Positions 21,606 to 31,988 of a stretch of 64,000 nucleotides of DNA are shown piece by piece. The notes below the pieces were generated by a model that did not search any database, was not told the origin of the DNA, and was given only the letters and a program-made list of their open reading frames with translations. Source of the DNA: Clostridiaceae bacterium (GTDB lineage: Bacteria; Bacillota; Clostridia; Saccharofermentanales; DTU023); contig DUPV01000042.1 of NCBI GenBank assembly GCA_012838135.1, forward strand, positions 31,816-95,815, written 5' to 3'. A program made the translations under genes and the position numbers. Each line of letters begins with the position of its first letter. Position 1 is the first letter of the stretch.

Positions 21606-21652
21606 TGTAGCGAACCCCAAAATCCTGACACGGATGGAGGGGTTCACGATCA
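21606..21652. repeat. Inverted repeat between convergent genes (terminator and/or IS3-like end scar)
   Basis: TGTAGCGAACCCC...GGGGTTCACGATCA with TG...CA ends. Confidence 0.4.
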
Positions 21653-21670
21653 TAACGATGTCATTTTAAA

Positions 21671-22768
21671 TCAGATTTTCACTAAGTCATAACTTCTTTC
21701 ACCCAGACCGATTACTTCAGCATGACTCAAGCAGGATTCCCAATCAGTATCGGGAAACAGATTGGTAAAATGATCATTATGCAGATTTTCACTTTCTCCT
21801 AACAGGCTGTTTTCAACGACGGGGGCGGCATTGACTAAGTCTACACATGCCTGATCTAAAGATACAGGATCAAAAGAAGCAAGCATTCCTATGTCAGGAA
21901 CGATTGCAACATCGTTTTCGGCAAGGCAGTCACAAAGGGGAGAAACATCCATGACTAAACTAATATGAAAATGCGGCCGGTCTTTCACAACAGCATAAGC
22001 ATATTCTGCTATTCTTTCATTTAAAATGACATTGCTATTATTGTTAATTGGCTGGATTGCATCATAATTGCAACTTCCGATACAGCGTCCGCAACCGACA
22101 CAAATATCGGTATTAATAAATGCCTTCTTATCAACAAAAGAAATTGCTCTGAATGCACAATTCCTGTAACAGGTACCGCAACTCACACATTTTTCAGGAT
22201 TGACACGCGGTTTACCGGCGTAATGCATTTCCATTTTACCTCCACGAGAACCGCATCCCATACCGATATTTTTGAGAGCCCCTCCAAATCCGGTCATTCG
22301 ATGACCTTTAAAATGTGTTATGGATAGAAAAATATCAGCATCCATAATACCTCTACCGATCTTTGCTTCTTTAACATGTTTGCCATTAATTGGAACATTT
22401 ACGTCATCTGTTCCTTTGAGGCCATCGCCGATTAAAACATGACAACCGGTAGCAAAAGGATTGAATCCGTTTTCATAAGCTGAGGAGATATGCTCTATTG
22501 CATTCTTGCGTCGACCGATGTAAAGCGTATTACAATCTGTAAGAAAGGGAACACCTCCAAGTTCTTTGATGTAATCTGCAATGGTTTTGATATAATTCGG
22601 ACGCAGATAAGCTACATTGCCCGGTTCTCCAAAATGGATTTTAATGGCAGTAAACTTTTTATTGAAATTAATTGTTTCAATACCGGCAGTATGTACCAGT
22701 CTTTTCAATTTTGCTAAAACATTTTCTTGATTTACGGTTCGAAAGTCTGTAAAAAACACTTTTGCCAT
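21671..22768 (-). CDS. DUF362 Fe-S protein with a 2x[4Fe-4S] ferredoxin domain
   Basis: KIHFGEPGN, THFKGH, GGALKNIGMG, CVSCGTC, CVGCGRC; start reassigned to ATG 22768 (RBS GGAGG). Confidence 0.88.
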   Translation of the reverse strand: MAKVFFTDFRTVNQENVLAKLKRLVHTAGIETINFNKKFTAIKIHFGEPGNVAYLRPNYIKTIADYIKELGGVPFLTDCNTLYIGRRKNAIEHISSAYENGFNPFATGCHVLIGDGLKGTDDVNVPINGKHVKEAKIGRGIMDADIFLSITHFKGHRMTGFGGALKNIGMGCGSRGGKMEMHYAGKPRVNPEKCVSCGTCYRNCAFRAISFVDKKAFINTDICVGCGRCIGSCNYDAIQPINNNSNVILNERIAEYAYAVVKDRPHFHISLVMDVSPLCDCLAENDVAIVPDIGMLASFDPVSLDQACVDLVNAAPVVENSLLGESENLHNDHFTNLFPDTDWESCLSHAEVIGLGERSYDLVKI

Positions 22769-22970
22769 AGATATTCCTCCTAATGTTGTAGTATTTGTGG
22801 ACAGCTCATTAAATAAAACAATATGCGACAATGTCAGCAGAGAGTGTGTGTGCCTCGGCTAATGACTTTTATTAAAATTATTCTTGATTTTTTGCAGCTG
22901 ATTTTCTACGCGAATATCTCGCATAAATTGCAAAATTGTATCAAATTCTATTTAAAAACAGTGATTAATT

Positions 22971-23834
22971 CTAGCATAGCTTTTCAATCAAAGGTAATAT
23001 GAGTTTGTGCAATGTTGGATTTGCACTGAGAATGGAACTAGCTTTGAAAATATTGACCGGTTGATTGTGAAAATTTGTTACAATGCCACCTGATTCTTCA
23101 ACAATCAAAATTCCTGCAGCAAAATCCCATGGTCTGAGTTTCGCTTCCAAAAAAACATGATGTCGATTTGCAGCCAAATATGCCAAATCCAAAGCTGCTG
23201 AACCATAACGTCGTATATCTTCTGTATTTTTAAAAATGTCATATAGAACCTGAAACATAACTTTATAGTCTAATTCTGTACCACGATCGTAAGGACTTGA
23301 GCCAAAAGCGACTATAGCATGTTTTAAATCAGAAATATTGTTAATGGTTAACTTCATTTTATGCAAATTTTGAAACTCTTTAACTGTAATTATTTGTTGT
23401 TTTGCATTATTGATCAAATAAGATCCTTCATTCCTGCTTGCTTCATATAATTCATCTGAGAAAGGGTCGTAGATTATAGCAAAATTTAATTCTTCGCCAT
23501 TCCAAAAAGCCAAAGATGTAGATGAATGATGCACATCTAAAATTAAATTTTTGGTTCCGTCAACCGGATCCAGAATCCAGCAAGGCTTAGCTTTATCAAA
23601 TTTGTGCTGATCATCTTCTTCACCTAAAAAGTGATGATCGGGAAATAGATTTAAGATGTGTTTTTCAATATATTCTTGAACATCATAATCAATCTTTGTT
23701 ACATAATTTGCAGAACCTTTCTGTTCAAGAACTTTTATGTCTTTTGAAGATTCTACCATTGACATTATAATATCCGAAGACTGTAAGACTATTCGTATTA
23801 CTTCAAATTTTTCCTTATTTGTTAATTTATACAT
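22971..23834 (-). CDS. Inositol monophosphatase family protein
   Basis: LGEE, WILDPVDGTKN, RRYGSAALDL, WDFAAG. Confidence 0.92.
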   Translation of the reverse strand: MYKLTNKEKFEVIRIVLQSSDIIMSMVESSKDIKVLEQKGSANYVTKIDYDVQEYIEKHILNLFPDHHFLGEEDDQHKFDKAKPCWILDPVDGTKNLILDVHHSSTSLAFWNGEELNFAIIYDPFSDELYEASRNEGSYLINNAKQQIITVKEFQNLHKMKLTINNISDLKHAIVAFGSSPYDRGTELDYKVMFQVLYDIFKNTEDIRRYGSAALDLAYLAANRHHVFLEAKLRPWDFAAGILIVEESGGIVTNFHNQPVNIFKASSILSANPTLHKLILPLIEKLC

Positions 23835-24143
23835 TTTAACCTCATGCTTTTATTCGATACCTTGATAATTACTGACGGGGAGATAAAACAGATTGAATCT
23901 AAACAAGTTGATCTAAAAACTCTTGGTGATATTCTTTTTTAATAGTAAAATTCCCCCGAATCCCCGGTAGTATATCAATGCTATTCTCCATTAAACCATG
24001 AAAATTATTGAATTAACTACCGAATAACATTATACAATATTTATTGTAGAAATGAAGGCAGAAGAGATAATGCCCATAAGCTTATAAGAAAGATAATGTT
24101 TGAAAAACGAGCATTCAGGCAAAAAAATCCACTTACAGATTGA

Positions 24144-25070
24144 TTATAAATTCATCAAAAATAAAATTAAAGGGAAGGTTAAAGCAAACAAGGTAGTATT
24201 GAGTGATACACCGCGTGTGGCGAACTCGGCTTCCTTATCAAAAAGGGATGCATGGATGGCAACCATTGATCCACTGGGCATTGCCAACATCAAAACAATA
24301 GTTTGAGAGACTAATTCAGGAACCTTAAAAACTTTGAACAGAAAGATTGCCGAAATCGGAATAATCAAAAGGCGAAATACTGCAGCCAGAATATTTGCTG
24401 AATCCCGAAACAATGATTTGCTGAGCTTAATGCCACCTAAAGTTACACCGATCAGCATCATTGAAATCGGCGTAGTCATACCGCCGATATCATTTAGGAC
24501 CATATAAATGACAGCCGGTAGGCTTATAGGTAAAAAGTATATTATTAACGTAAGCAGTGCACTTAGAGTTACCGGTTTTTTTATGATTGAGATAATACTT
24601 ACCGCATTCTCTCCTTTTATGGTAGATACTCCTACAGTGAAGAAATAAAGATTCCAAATCAAACTATGAATTACGGCAAGAATTGTTGCTTTGGGTCCGA
24701 GCAGATTTGCTACTATCGGATATCCCATGAAAGAGATGTTACTATAGATAACCAGAGCAATGAAGATGTTTTGTTTATCCCTACTCATTTTAAATGGCAA
24801 TTTTCGCAAGACAAATGTAAAAATAAGAGAAGAAAGTACGAAATATAGTATAGACACAATTGCGGTCATAGCTATTTCATTTGCCATTTCCGGTTCAAAA
24901 GAATTCGAAGAAGAAGAGAGAAGGCTTGCAGGCAAAGCCACATTTATCAGAAGATTGGTTAAACCTTGTTGGACTTTATCATCAATCATGTTGATTTTTT
25001 TTAAAAGAAAACCGAGACCGACCAGAACAAAAATCCTGAACAATAAACTAATGACTGTATAGACGAACAT
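24144..25070 (-). CDS. AEC (malate permease-like) transporter
   Basis: About 10 TM helices, YSNISFMGYP, PISMMLIG, AMPS. Confidence 0.88.
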   Translation of the reverse strand: MFVYTVISLLFRIFVLVGLGFLLKKINMIDDKVQQGLTNLLINVALPASLLSSSSNSFEPEMANEIAMTAIVSILYFVLSSLIFTFVLRKLPFKMSRDKQNIFIALVIYSNISFMGYPIVANLLGPKATILAVIHSLIWNLYFFTVGVSTIKGENAVSIISIIKKPVTLSALLTLIIYFLPISLPAVIYMVLNDIGGMTTPISMMLIGVTLGGIKLSKSLFRDSANILAAVFRLLIIPISAIFLFKVFKVPELVSQTIVLMLAMPSGSMVAIHASLFDKEAEFATRGVSLNTTLFALTFPLILFLMNL

Positions 25071-25077
25071 AGCTGAT

Positions 25078-25173
25078 CTAGTTCACAATTTCTTGCTTAC
25101 CGGTAACTGGCAGTGCCTGACCGGCATTGTTATCTTGTATTTCAAGATGACTGGTAAAAGTGAATTGTGTCAT
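25078..25173 (-). CDS. Small 31-aa ORF upstream of the AEC transporter
   Basis: RBS GAGGAG, ATG, MTQFTFTSHLEIQDNNAGQALPVTGKQEIVN*; stop 7 nt before the AEC start. Confidence 0.4.
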   Translation of the reverse strand: MTQFTFTSHLEIQDNNAGQALPVTGKQEIVN

Positions 25174-25410
25174 ACTATTTGCTCTCCTCACATAAAGTCT
25201 GATAATTAAATATAAAATGAGTTAAGAAACTTAACAAATAATTGTTCATATGTTACATAGTTTAACATAATCCACTTAAAATGTTGTTGAATATATTTAT
25301 TTTAAAATAAAATTGGACAAAAATGAATATTTGTGGTTAATTGAATCCTGATCTCCTATAGTAGAGTACCTTCCAGGGTATAAAGAAGAAAAGAGAATCA
25401 AATCATACAT

Positions 25411-25439
25411 TTGATTGTTTTTAACAAAACGTTTAAAAT
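25411..25439 (+). promoter_or_regulatory. Sigma-A-type promoter
   Basis: TTGATT-N17-TAAAAT upstream of the 79-aa ORF. Confidence 0.5.
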
Positions 25440-25520
25440 AGTAGTGGATTTACGTGAGATTTAAAAGGATGTTGCAAGATAATCAGTATTAAATATTGTG
25501 ATAGAAAGTTGAGGTAAAAT

Positions 25521-25760
25521 ATGAAGAAAATAAAAATTAAAAAAGTGAACATAGATGCATTTATAGCTGCATTAGACAATTGTAAAGGAAATGTATGGTT
25601 AACTACAGATGAAGGCGATAAATATAATTTAAGAAGTAAGCTTTCACAATTAGTTGGACTTTCGTCGATATTAAAAGGAGCAGATATTGTTGATGCAGAG
25701 CTTTTAATAGAAAACGAAGAGGATGCACCAATTCTTCTAACTCATTTAATGTACGGTTAA
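25521..25760 (+). CDS. Small putative HPr-fold protein lacking His15
   Basis: IDAFIAALDNCKGNVWLTTDEGDKYNLRSKLSQ pattern; RBS GAGG. Confidence 0.6.
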   Translation: MKKIKIKKVNIDAFIAALDNCKGNVWLTTDEGDKYNLRSKLSQLVGLSSILKGADIVDAELLIENEEDAPILLTHLMYG

Positions 25761-25887
25761 ATTATTATTGAACGATGAGGAATTACTTGAATATGGGAGA
25801 TTATTGTTTTCAGACATTATCTTGAGATATTAGCTCGAGATAATATTAAAAAACTGGTCAAGCATATTATCCCTTGGAAATTTTATC

Positions 25888-25928
25888 AAAGTCGTTAGAA
25901 AAAACAGGTTTTTTCTAACGACTTTTTT
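25888..25928 (+). terminator. Rho-independent terminator
   Basis: AAAGTCGTTAGAAAAAA...TTTTTTCTAACGACTTT plus T tract. Confidence 0.85.
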
Positions 25929-26065
25929 AATAATCAAATTCATTTCATGATTAAATATGTATTGTTTAACATAATTTAAAAATCAAATAATTTTGAATTA
26001 TAATAAATATAGAGTATATTATTAAGTAGTTAGAAATAAACTTCTAAAGTTTTTCAACAATAAGT

Positions 26066-26926
26066 TTGTGCAGAAAGGATATTCTAGGTTTTGGTATGAG
26101 TATAACAAAAGAACGAATTACTGAGTTAGAAAAAATTTGTAATGACTTAAGGATTGACTTGATTAAAATGTTGCATGATAAGCAGACGGGACATCCCGGT
26201 GGATCTTTATCCGTATGTGAGATTTTAGTAACCCTGATGTATGAGAAAGCAAAATTAGATCCGACTAATCCTGCTTGGGAGGAAAGAGACCGTATTATTA
26301 TGACAAAAGGGCATGCAGCTCCGATGCAATATTTGATACTAGGCAAACTTGGCTTTTTCCCGGAAGAAGAATTTGCATCTTTCCGTCAGATCAATTCTAT
26401 TTTGCAAGGACATCCTTGTATGAATTCGACACCCGGTATTGAACTAACTTCCGGACCTTTAGGAATTGGATTACCTGCTGCAGTGGGTGTTGCTTGTAGT
26501 TTAAAGTTGGATAAAAATGATTCATATGTTTATGCAATTTTAGGTGATGGTGAACTTAATGAAGGTGCAGTTTGGGAAGCGATGATGAGTGCTAGTAAGT
26601 TTAAAACAGACAATTTAATTTGCATTCTCGATAATAATGGTGTTCAACTGGACGGCACAAGAGATGAAATTATGCCGCTGGATAATTTACGTGAACGTTT
26701 TGAGTCGTTCGGTATGAAAGTGTTTGAAGCTGATGGGCATGACATTGCAGACTTATGCGATAAAATAGATGAAGCCAAAACAGTGAAAGATCAACCTGTT
26801 ATGATTATGGCTAATACCGTTAAAGGCAAAGGCGTGTCGTTTATGGAAGGCAAGAGTGCTTGGCACGGTAATCCGATCGGTGATGATTTCTATGAACAGG
26901 CATTGAAAGAATTAGGAGGCAAATAG
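26066..26926 (+). CDS. Transketolase N-terminal subunit (split type)
   Basis: GHPGGSLS, KGHAAP, LQGHP, GDGELNEG...NN ThDP motif, TVKGKGVSFME; start may be ATG 26096. Confidence 0.93.
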   Translation: MCRKDILGFGMSITKERITELEKICNDLRIDLIKMLHDKQTGHPGGSLSVCEILVTLMYEKAKLDPTNPAWEERDRIIMTKGHAAPMQYLILGKLGFFPEEEFASFRQINSILQGHPCMNSTPGIELTSGPLGIGLPAAVGVACSLKLDKNDSYVYAILGDGELNEGAVWEAMMSASKFKTDNLICILDNNGVQLDGTRDEIMPLDNLRERFESFGMKVFEADGHDIADLCDKIDEAKTVKDQPVMIMANTVKGKGVSFMEGKSAWHGNPIGDDFYEQALKELGGK

Positions 26927-27856
26927 ATGGGCAAAGCATTAAGAGATTATTATGGCGAAGCATTGTTGAAATATGGTTCAGATGAACGTGTTGTCGTATT
27001 GGACTCTGATGTATCGGGTTCAACAAAATCGAAAATTTTTGGAGATAAATATCCTGAAAGATTTTTCAATGTAGGGATAGCAGAAGAAAATATGGTTGCA
27101 ATGAGTGCCGGTTTTGCCAAAGAAGGTAAAATTCCCTTTACAAATACTTTTGCGGTTTTTTTAACAACAAACGGTTTGTTAGCTGCAAGAACTTTTGCAT
27201 CTTATTCAAAGCTCAATATGAAAATGATGGGAGGATACGGAGGTTTATCGGATTCTTATGACGGACCGACCCACCATGCATTAGAAGATATTGCCGTGAT
27301 GCGATCTCTTCCCAATGTTGAAGTTTTAGTCGCATCAGATGGTGTTTTGGTTGATTGGCTAGTGCAATATTGCATTAATCATTACGGCCCTGTATATGTT
27401 CGTTTGTCCAGAGGCGAAGCTAAGCCCGTATACTCAGAAGGTGAGCAGTTTGAAATTGGTAAGGCCAAAAAAGTTCGCGAAGGAGAAGATTTAACAATAA
27501 TCTCCTGTGGTGTTATGACCGGCGAGAGTTTGGAAGCAGCAAAGCTTTTAAGCGAGATGGGCATTGAAGCAAGAGTGTTGGATATGTTCTCCATCAAACC
27601 AATAGACGAACAAGCTATCATAGAGGCGGCAAATGAAACAGGCGCTATTTTGTCAGTTGAAGAACATAACATTATCGGTGGCCTGGGAAGTGCAGTAGCA
27701 GAAGTTTTAGTAGCAAACAAGCCGGTACCTCAAGGATTTGTAGGAATGAAAGATCAACACGCAGAATGTGGTGATTACGATGATTTGTTCGAAAAATACA
27801 AATTGAATCCGAATGCAATCAAGGAAGCTGCTATAGAGTTGTTGAAAAGAAAATAA
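26927..27856 (+). CDS. Transketolase C-terminal subunit (split type)
   Basis: FFNVGIAEENMV, DGPTHHALED, GPVYVRL, VEEHNIIGGLGSAV. Confidence 0.93.
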   Translation: MGKALRDYYGEALLKYGSDERVVVLDSDVSGSTKSKIFGDKYPERFFNVGIAEENMVAMSAGFAKEGKIPFTNTFAVFLTTNGLLAARTFASYSKLNMKMMGGYGGLSDSYDGPTHHALEDIAVMRSLPNVEVLVASDGVLVDWLVQYCINHYGPVYVRLSRGEAKPVYSEGEQFEIGKAKKVREGEDLTIISCGVMTGESLEAAKLLSEMGIEARVLDMFSIKPIDEQAIIEAANETGAILSVEEHNIIGGLGSAVAEVLVANKPVPQGFVGMKDQHAECGDYDDLFEKYKLNPNAIKEAAIELLKRK

Positions 27857-27930
27857 AGTGAATTATTATAGTAAATAAAATGAGTTTTAACTGACTTTTG
27901 CAGATGTTGCAAAGAGCACTTTTTATAGTT

Positions 27931-27970
27931 AAAAAAGCGCAGATACTTAGATAGTTATCTGCGCTTTTTT
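27931..27970 (+). terminator. Rho-independent terminator
   Basis: AAAAAAGCGCAGATA...TATCTGCGCTTTTTT. Confidence 0.88.
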
Positions 27971-28187
27971 AATAGCTTACAAAAACAATTAGAAAGGTAA
28001 GATTAAAACGGGTGCTTAAATAACTCAAAAAAACTTCACTTGGTGAAATTATTAATGGTTTTAAGTTTCTTGCAATAATCCCTTTGAAAGTAGGAAAAGC
28101 CTCTGTTAAAAGCGAATAAAGTATTATAAAATTAATGTAAGAGAACATTTGATAATGAAATAAAATAATCGGAAGGAGTATTAGTGA

Positions 28188-29243
28188 ATGAAAGCTTTAG
28201 TAAAATATGCTGCAGGACCGGGTAATATGGAAATAAGAGATGTTCCGGAGCCTGTTTGCGGTGATGATCAAATCAAAATCAAGGTAAAAAAAGCCGGAAT
28301 ATGTGGTTCTGATCTCCATATTTATCATAGCGATATTGCTATTCCAGTAAATCCACCTGTTATTGTAGGACATGAGTTCTCAGGAGTTATTGCTGAAATC
28401 GGAAAAAATGTTAAAGATTTTGAAGTTGGTGATAGAGTAGTATCAGAAACAGCATTTAGTTTTTGCGGAGTATGTGATTATTGTACTGAAGGTTATTACA
28501 ATCTATGTAATGAAAGACGCACTCTGGGATATTGGTACGATGGGATTTTTACAGATTATACCGTCGTTCCGGCAGGTCGTGTACATAAAATTCCTGAAGG
28601 TATTTCATTTACGGCAGCAGCAATGACGGAACCTTTGGCTTGTGTCTGTCATGCGATTTATGATTTAAGTGTGATCAGAGCCGGAGATATCGTTTTGGTA
28701 TCGGGCCCGGGAGCGATCGGATTAATGGCAATGCAAATTGCTAAGGCTGAGGGTGCAATAGTTGTAGTCAGCGGTCTAACTCATGATCTGGAACGTTTAG
28801 AAATGGCAAAAGAGTTAGGGGCTGATTATGTCTTGAATGTGCAAGAGAATGATTTAATAGAATTTGTTAATTCTATAACAGGCGGATATGGTGCGGATGT
28901 TGTTCTTGAATGTTCAGGGGCTGCTCCGGCAATAGACTCTGCTTTGCAAGCTATTAAGAAACGTGGTTATTTTGTACAAATAGGACTTCCCGGCAAAAAG
29001 ATTACTTTTGATATCGAAAAAGTTTGTTATAAAGAATTGCATTTTAGCGGATCTTTAGGTTCGAGAAAACATAGTTGGCGAACAGCGCTGAAGTTAATGA
29101 AACAAGGAAAAGTAAATCTCGAACCATTAGCTAACGTGGAGTTGCCACTGGAAGAATGGGAAACAGCATTTAACAGGTTTGAACAGAAAGATGGCTGCAA
29201 ATTTATGTTGATTCCTGCAGATGAACAATTAAATTGTTCTTAA
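28188..29243 (+). CDS. Zn-dependent alcohol/polyol dehydrogenase (MDR), copy 1
   Basis: GICGSDLH, GHEFSG, CGVCDYC...C, GPGAIG. Confidence 0.92.
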   Translation: MKALVKYAAGPGNMEIRDVPEPVCGDDQIKIKVKKAGICGSDLHIYHSDIAIPVNPPVIVGHEFSGVIAEIGKNVKDFEVGDRVVSETAFSFCGVCDYCTEGYYNLCNERRTLGYWYDGIFTDYTVVPAGRVHKIPEGISFTAAAMTEPLACVCHAIYDLSVIRAGDIVLVSGPGAIGLMAMQIAKAEGAIVVVSGLTHDLERLEMAKELGADYVLNVQENDLIEFVNSITGGYGADVVLECSGAAPAIDSALQAIKKRGYFVQIGLPGKKITFDIEKVCYKELHFSGSLGSRKHSWRTALKLMKQGKVNLEPLANVELPLEEWETAFNRFEQKDGCKFMLIPADEQLNCS

Positions 29244-29300
29244 GAATTAAAAATAATGGCAAATATGGTTGTTTGTAATCAATCTGATTAACAGAAAAGC

Positions 29301-29380
29301 TTGACAAAGCAAAAACGATTGCGTAAAATAAACGAAAGCAAATCGAAAGAGAAAGCAAAGTCAATTTCGAATTATCGAAA
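29301..29380 (+). promoter_or_regulatory. Sigma-A promoter with GAAA(G) direct repeats (putative DeoR operator)
   Basis: TTGACA(29301)-N17-TAAAAT(29324); CGAAAG at 29333 and 29344, GAAAG at 29351. Confidence 0.7.
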
Positions 29381-29438
29381 ACAAAACAAAGTAAATAAAA
29401 ACCAAATCCTATTTATGATTTGGTATGAAGGCCAATAT

Positions 29439-30221
29439 ATGTCACAAAATTTTAAACATTTTTCACAGGCGGAGCGTCGTCAGCAAATTATCCAAAAATT
29501 AAAACTTGACGGTAATGTCAGAGTGTCCGATTTAAGTGAACAGTTATCAACTTCTGAAGTGACAATTCGGAGTGATTTGGCAGAATTGGAAAATTCCGGC
29601 ATCTTGCAGAGGGTTCATGGCGGGGCAATTCAAACTGTCAGAAATTATTATGCTCTTAATGCATCGGAACGTCTTGGAGAACGCAAGAATGAAAAACTGC
29701 AAATGGCGGAGATTGTAGCAAAATTAGTTCGTGACGGAGATAATATTATTATAAACTCAGGCAGCACTTGTTATTATATCGCTTTAGAATTGAGACAAAA
29801 AAGGAATTTACGCATAATTACTCATTCAATTCAAATTTCAGAAATTTTTGCTGAAGATAAAGATATTGAAGTTATTTTATTAGGCGGACTTCTGAATTAT
29901 CAATATATGTTTACGTATGGTGATGATACAATGCATCAATTGAATAAATATCAGGTCGATAAAGCAATTCTTTCTGCAGACGGAATAGATATTGATAACG
30001 GAATTACTACATATCATCACGAAGTTGCGGAGCTCTGCAACCAAATGTTGACGCGAGCTTCACTTGCAATTATAGCAGCGGATCATTCAAAAATCGGGCA
30101 TACAGCCTTTTCACAAGTTTCAGATTTACAAGCCATTGATTATTTAGTTACGGACGAACGAGCAAAACAGAAGAATTTGCAACAGTTTGAGAAGTTGGGA
30201 ATAGAAGTACTTACTCCATAA
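29439..30221 (+). CDS. DeoR/GlpR family transcriptional regulator
   Basis: ERRQQI, SEVTIRSDL, RVHGGA, NSGSTC, ADHSKIG; start moved to 29439 because the upstream extension is the promoter. Confidence 0.93.
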   Translation: MSQNFKHFSQAERRQQIIQKLKLDGNVRVSDLSEQLSTSEVTIRSDLAELENSGILQRVHGGAIQTVRNYYALNASERLGERKNEKLQMAEIVAKLVRDGDNIIINSGSTCYYIALELRQKRNLRIITHSIQISEIFAEDKDIEVILLGGLLNYQYMFTYGDDTMHQLNKYQVDKAILSADGIDIDNGITTYHHEVAELCNQMLTRASLAIIAADHSKIGHTAFSQVSDLQAIDYLVTDERAKQKNLQQFEKLGIEVLTP

Positions 30222-30459
30222 TTCCATATATAAAAGGGTTATGGGGTTATGGAAGTGTAGTTTTTAGAAAAGATTTAACGGAGCGATGTAAGAATAATTA
30301 ATATAGTTTATAAATCGGGATTACAATCTGTATATGATTATGATCTCAAAGAGAAATCAGATATAGCATTATAAATAATTTAATTTTAGAAGTTAGAAGT
30401 ATTAAATTTAGAAGTATAGAGAACATAGTGAGAATTTTAAGCAATAAGGGGGCACAGAA

Positions 30460-31881
30460 ATGGCAGTACCAGTAATAATGCCAAGACAAGGGCAATCAGT
30501 AGAAAGCTGTATCATAGGGGAATGGCATGTGGCAAAAGGTGACAAAGTAAGCGCCGGCGACAAGCTTTTTACTTATGAAACAGACAAAGCGACATTTGAT
30601 GAGGAAGCGCCGTCCGACGGTGAAATAATCGCAGTATTCTTTGAAGAAGGTGATGATGTACCTTGTTTATTGAATGTTTTAGTAATAGGTGAAGCAGGCG
30701 AATCCTGGGAAGAGTTTATTCCTGAAGGAGCAACTGCAGATGGAGCGGGAGCAGGTGTTGCCAAGACAGAAGCAGCAGCCTCGGTACCGGAAGTTACAAC
30801 CAAAGCTGAAGCAGCACCGGTAGCAACAACCGCAGCAACTGCACCGAGTCTTGATGGTGAACATCCGATAAGTCCCAGAGCGAAAGGTTTGGCAGCAAAA
30901 CATAATGTAGATTTACGGATGACAGCGGCAACCGGTCCTAAAGGCAGAATTATTGAAAGAGACGTAGAAGCTGCAATAGATGCCGGTTTGGTAGCAACAA
31001 CAGCAGCAGGTCATGATTATGCAGCCGGTGTAGCAGGTAGCGGAATAGGCGGAGCAGTACGCGTTGAAGATTTGGCAAAATTACCTGAATTGCAAAGTCT
31101 CGAGGGAGCTGCGTTGATAGATCAAGCAGTACTCAGTCTTGATGAAACTGAATACACAGATGATAAAATTACGAATATTCGCAAAGTTATCGCTCGTTCA
31201 ATGCATGCCTCACTGTCTGAAATGGCACAGCTTACCTTAAATGCTTCTTTTGATGCAAGCAATATTTTGGCATGGAGAAACCGTCTGAAAGATTTAAAAG
31301 AGAGGGGAATGGACGAGAAACTCGGTTTAGCAATTTTAGACAGAATACCGACGATCAACGACATAATCCTTTATGCTGTATCGCGCACAGTTAAAAAGTA
31401 TCCGGATTGTAATGCTCATTATTTAGCAGAAGAAAATATCTTCCGCCATTTCAATCGAGTTCATTTGGGCGTAGCAGTAGACACTCCACGTGGCTTAATG
31501 GTTCCGGTTGTGAGAAATGCAGATCTGAAATCAATCAGTCAAATTTCGGCTGAGGCAAGAGACTTGGCAATCCAATGTAATGAGGGATCAATCAATCCCG
31601 ACAAGATATCAGGCAGCACAATTACGATAACAAATATGGGCAGATCAGGCGTAGAAAGTTTCACGCCGGTAATCAATCCGCCTGAAACATGCATAGTAGG
31701 GGTATCTTCAACCTATGAGAAAGTACGCAGCGGCAAAGACGGCGGAATCGAGTTATATCCGGCAATGACCATATCTTTAACGATAGATCATAGAGCCCTT
31801 GACGGAGCACCGGGCTCACTATTTTTACAAGCCTTGATTCAAACCTTGGAAAACTTTGATTTGTTCCTGATGGGATCATGA
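30460..31881 (+). CDS. Dihydrolipoamide acyltransferase (E2), single lipoyl domain
   Basis: ETDKAT lipoyl Lys, E3-binding ISPRA...TGPKGRI, GLMVPV, DHRALDG. Confidence 0.95.
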   Translation: MAVPVIMPRQGQSVESCIIGEWHVAKGDKVSAGDKLFTYETDKATFDEEAPSDGEIIAVFFEEGDDVPCLLNVLVIGEAGESWEEFIPEGATADGAGAGVAKTEAAASVPEVTTKAEAAPVATTAATAPSLDGEHPISPRAKGLAAKHNVDLRMTAATGPKGRIIERDVEAAIDAGLVATTAAGHDYAAGVAGSGIGGAVRVEDLAKLPELQSLEGAALIDQAVLSLDETEYTDDKITNIRKVIARSMHASLSEMAQLTLNASFDASNILAWRNRLKDLKERGMDEKLGLAILDRIPTINDIILYAVSRTVKKYPDCNAHYLAEENIFRHFNRVHLGVAVDTPRGLMVPVVRNADLKSISQISAEARDLAIQCNEGSINPDKISGSTITITNMGRSGVESFTPVINPPETCIVGVSSTYEKVRSGKDGGIELYPAMTISLTIDHRALDGAPGSLFLQALIQTLENFDLFLMGS

Positions 31882-31988
31882 TGAAGCTTAACGGACAGTG
31901 GAGGAATGATTTAATTAAGAAGCAACAATCAATCTAACGGATTTTTATCCATGGAGTATTAAAAAAGGAAAATAGAGGACAATAATAT

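Noticed and set aside
23900-23995. Short minus-strand ORF MENSIDILPGIRG upstream of the IMPase gene
   Set aside because: About 30 aa, no clear RBS and no recognisable motif.
29301-29438. N-terminal extension of DeoR in the ORF track
   Set aside because: It begins at the TTG of a TTGACA -35 box; the region is promoter/operator.
30386-30416. TTAGAAGT x3 upstream of E2
   Set aside because: Irregular spacing in AT-rich DNA; too weak to call.
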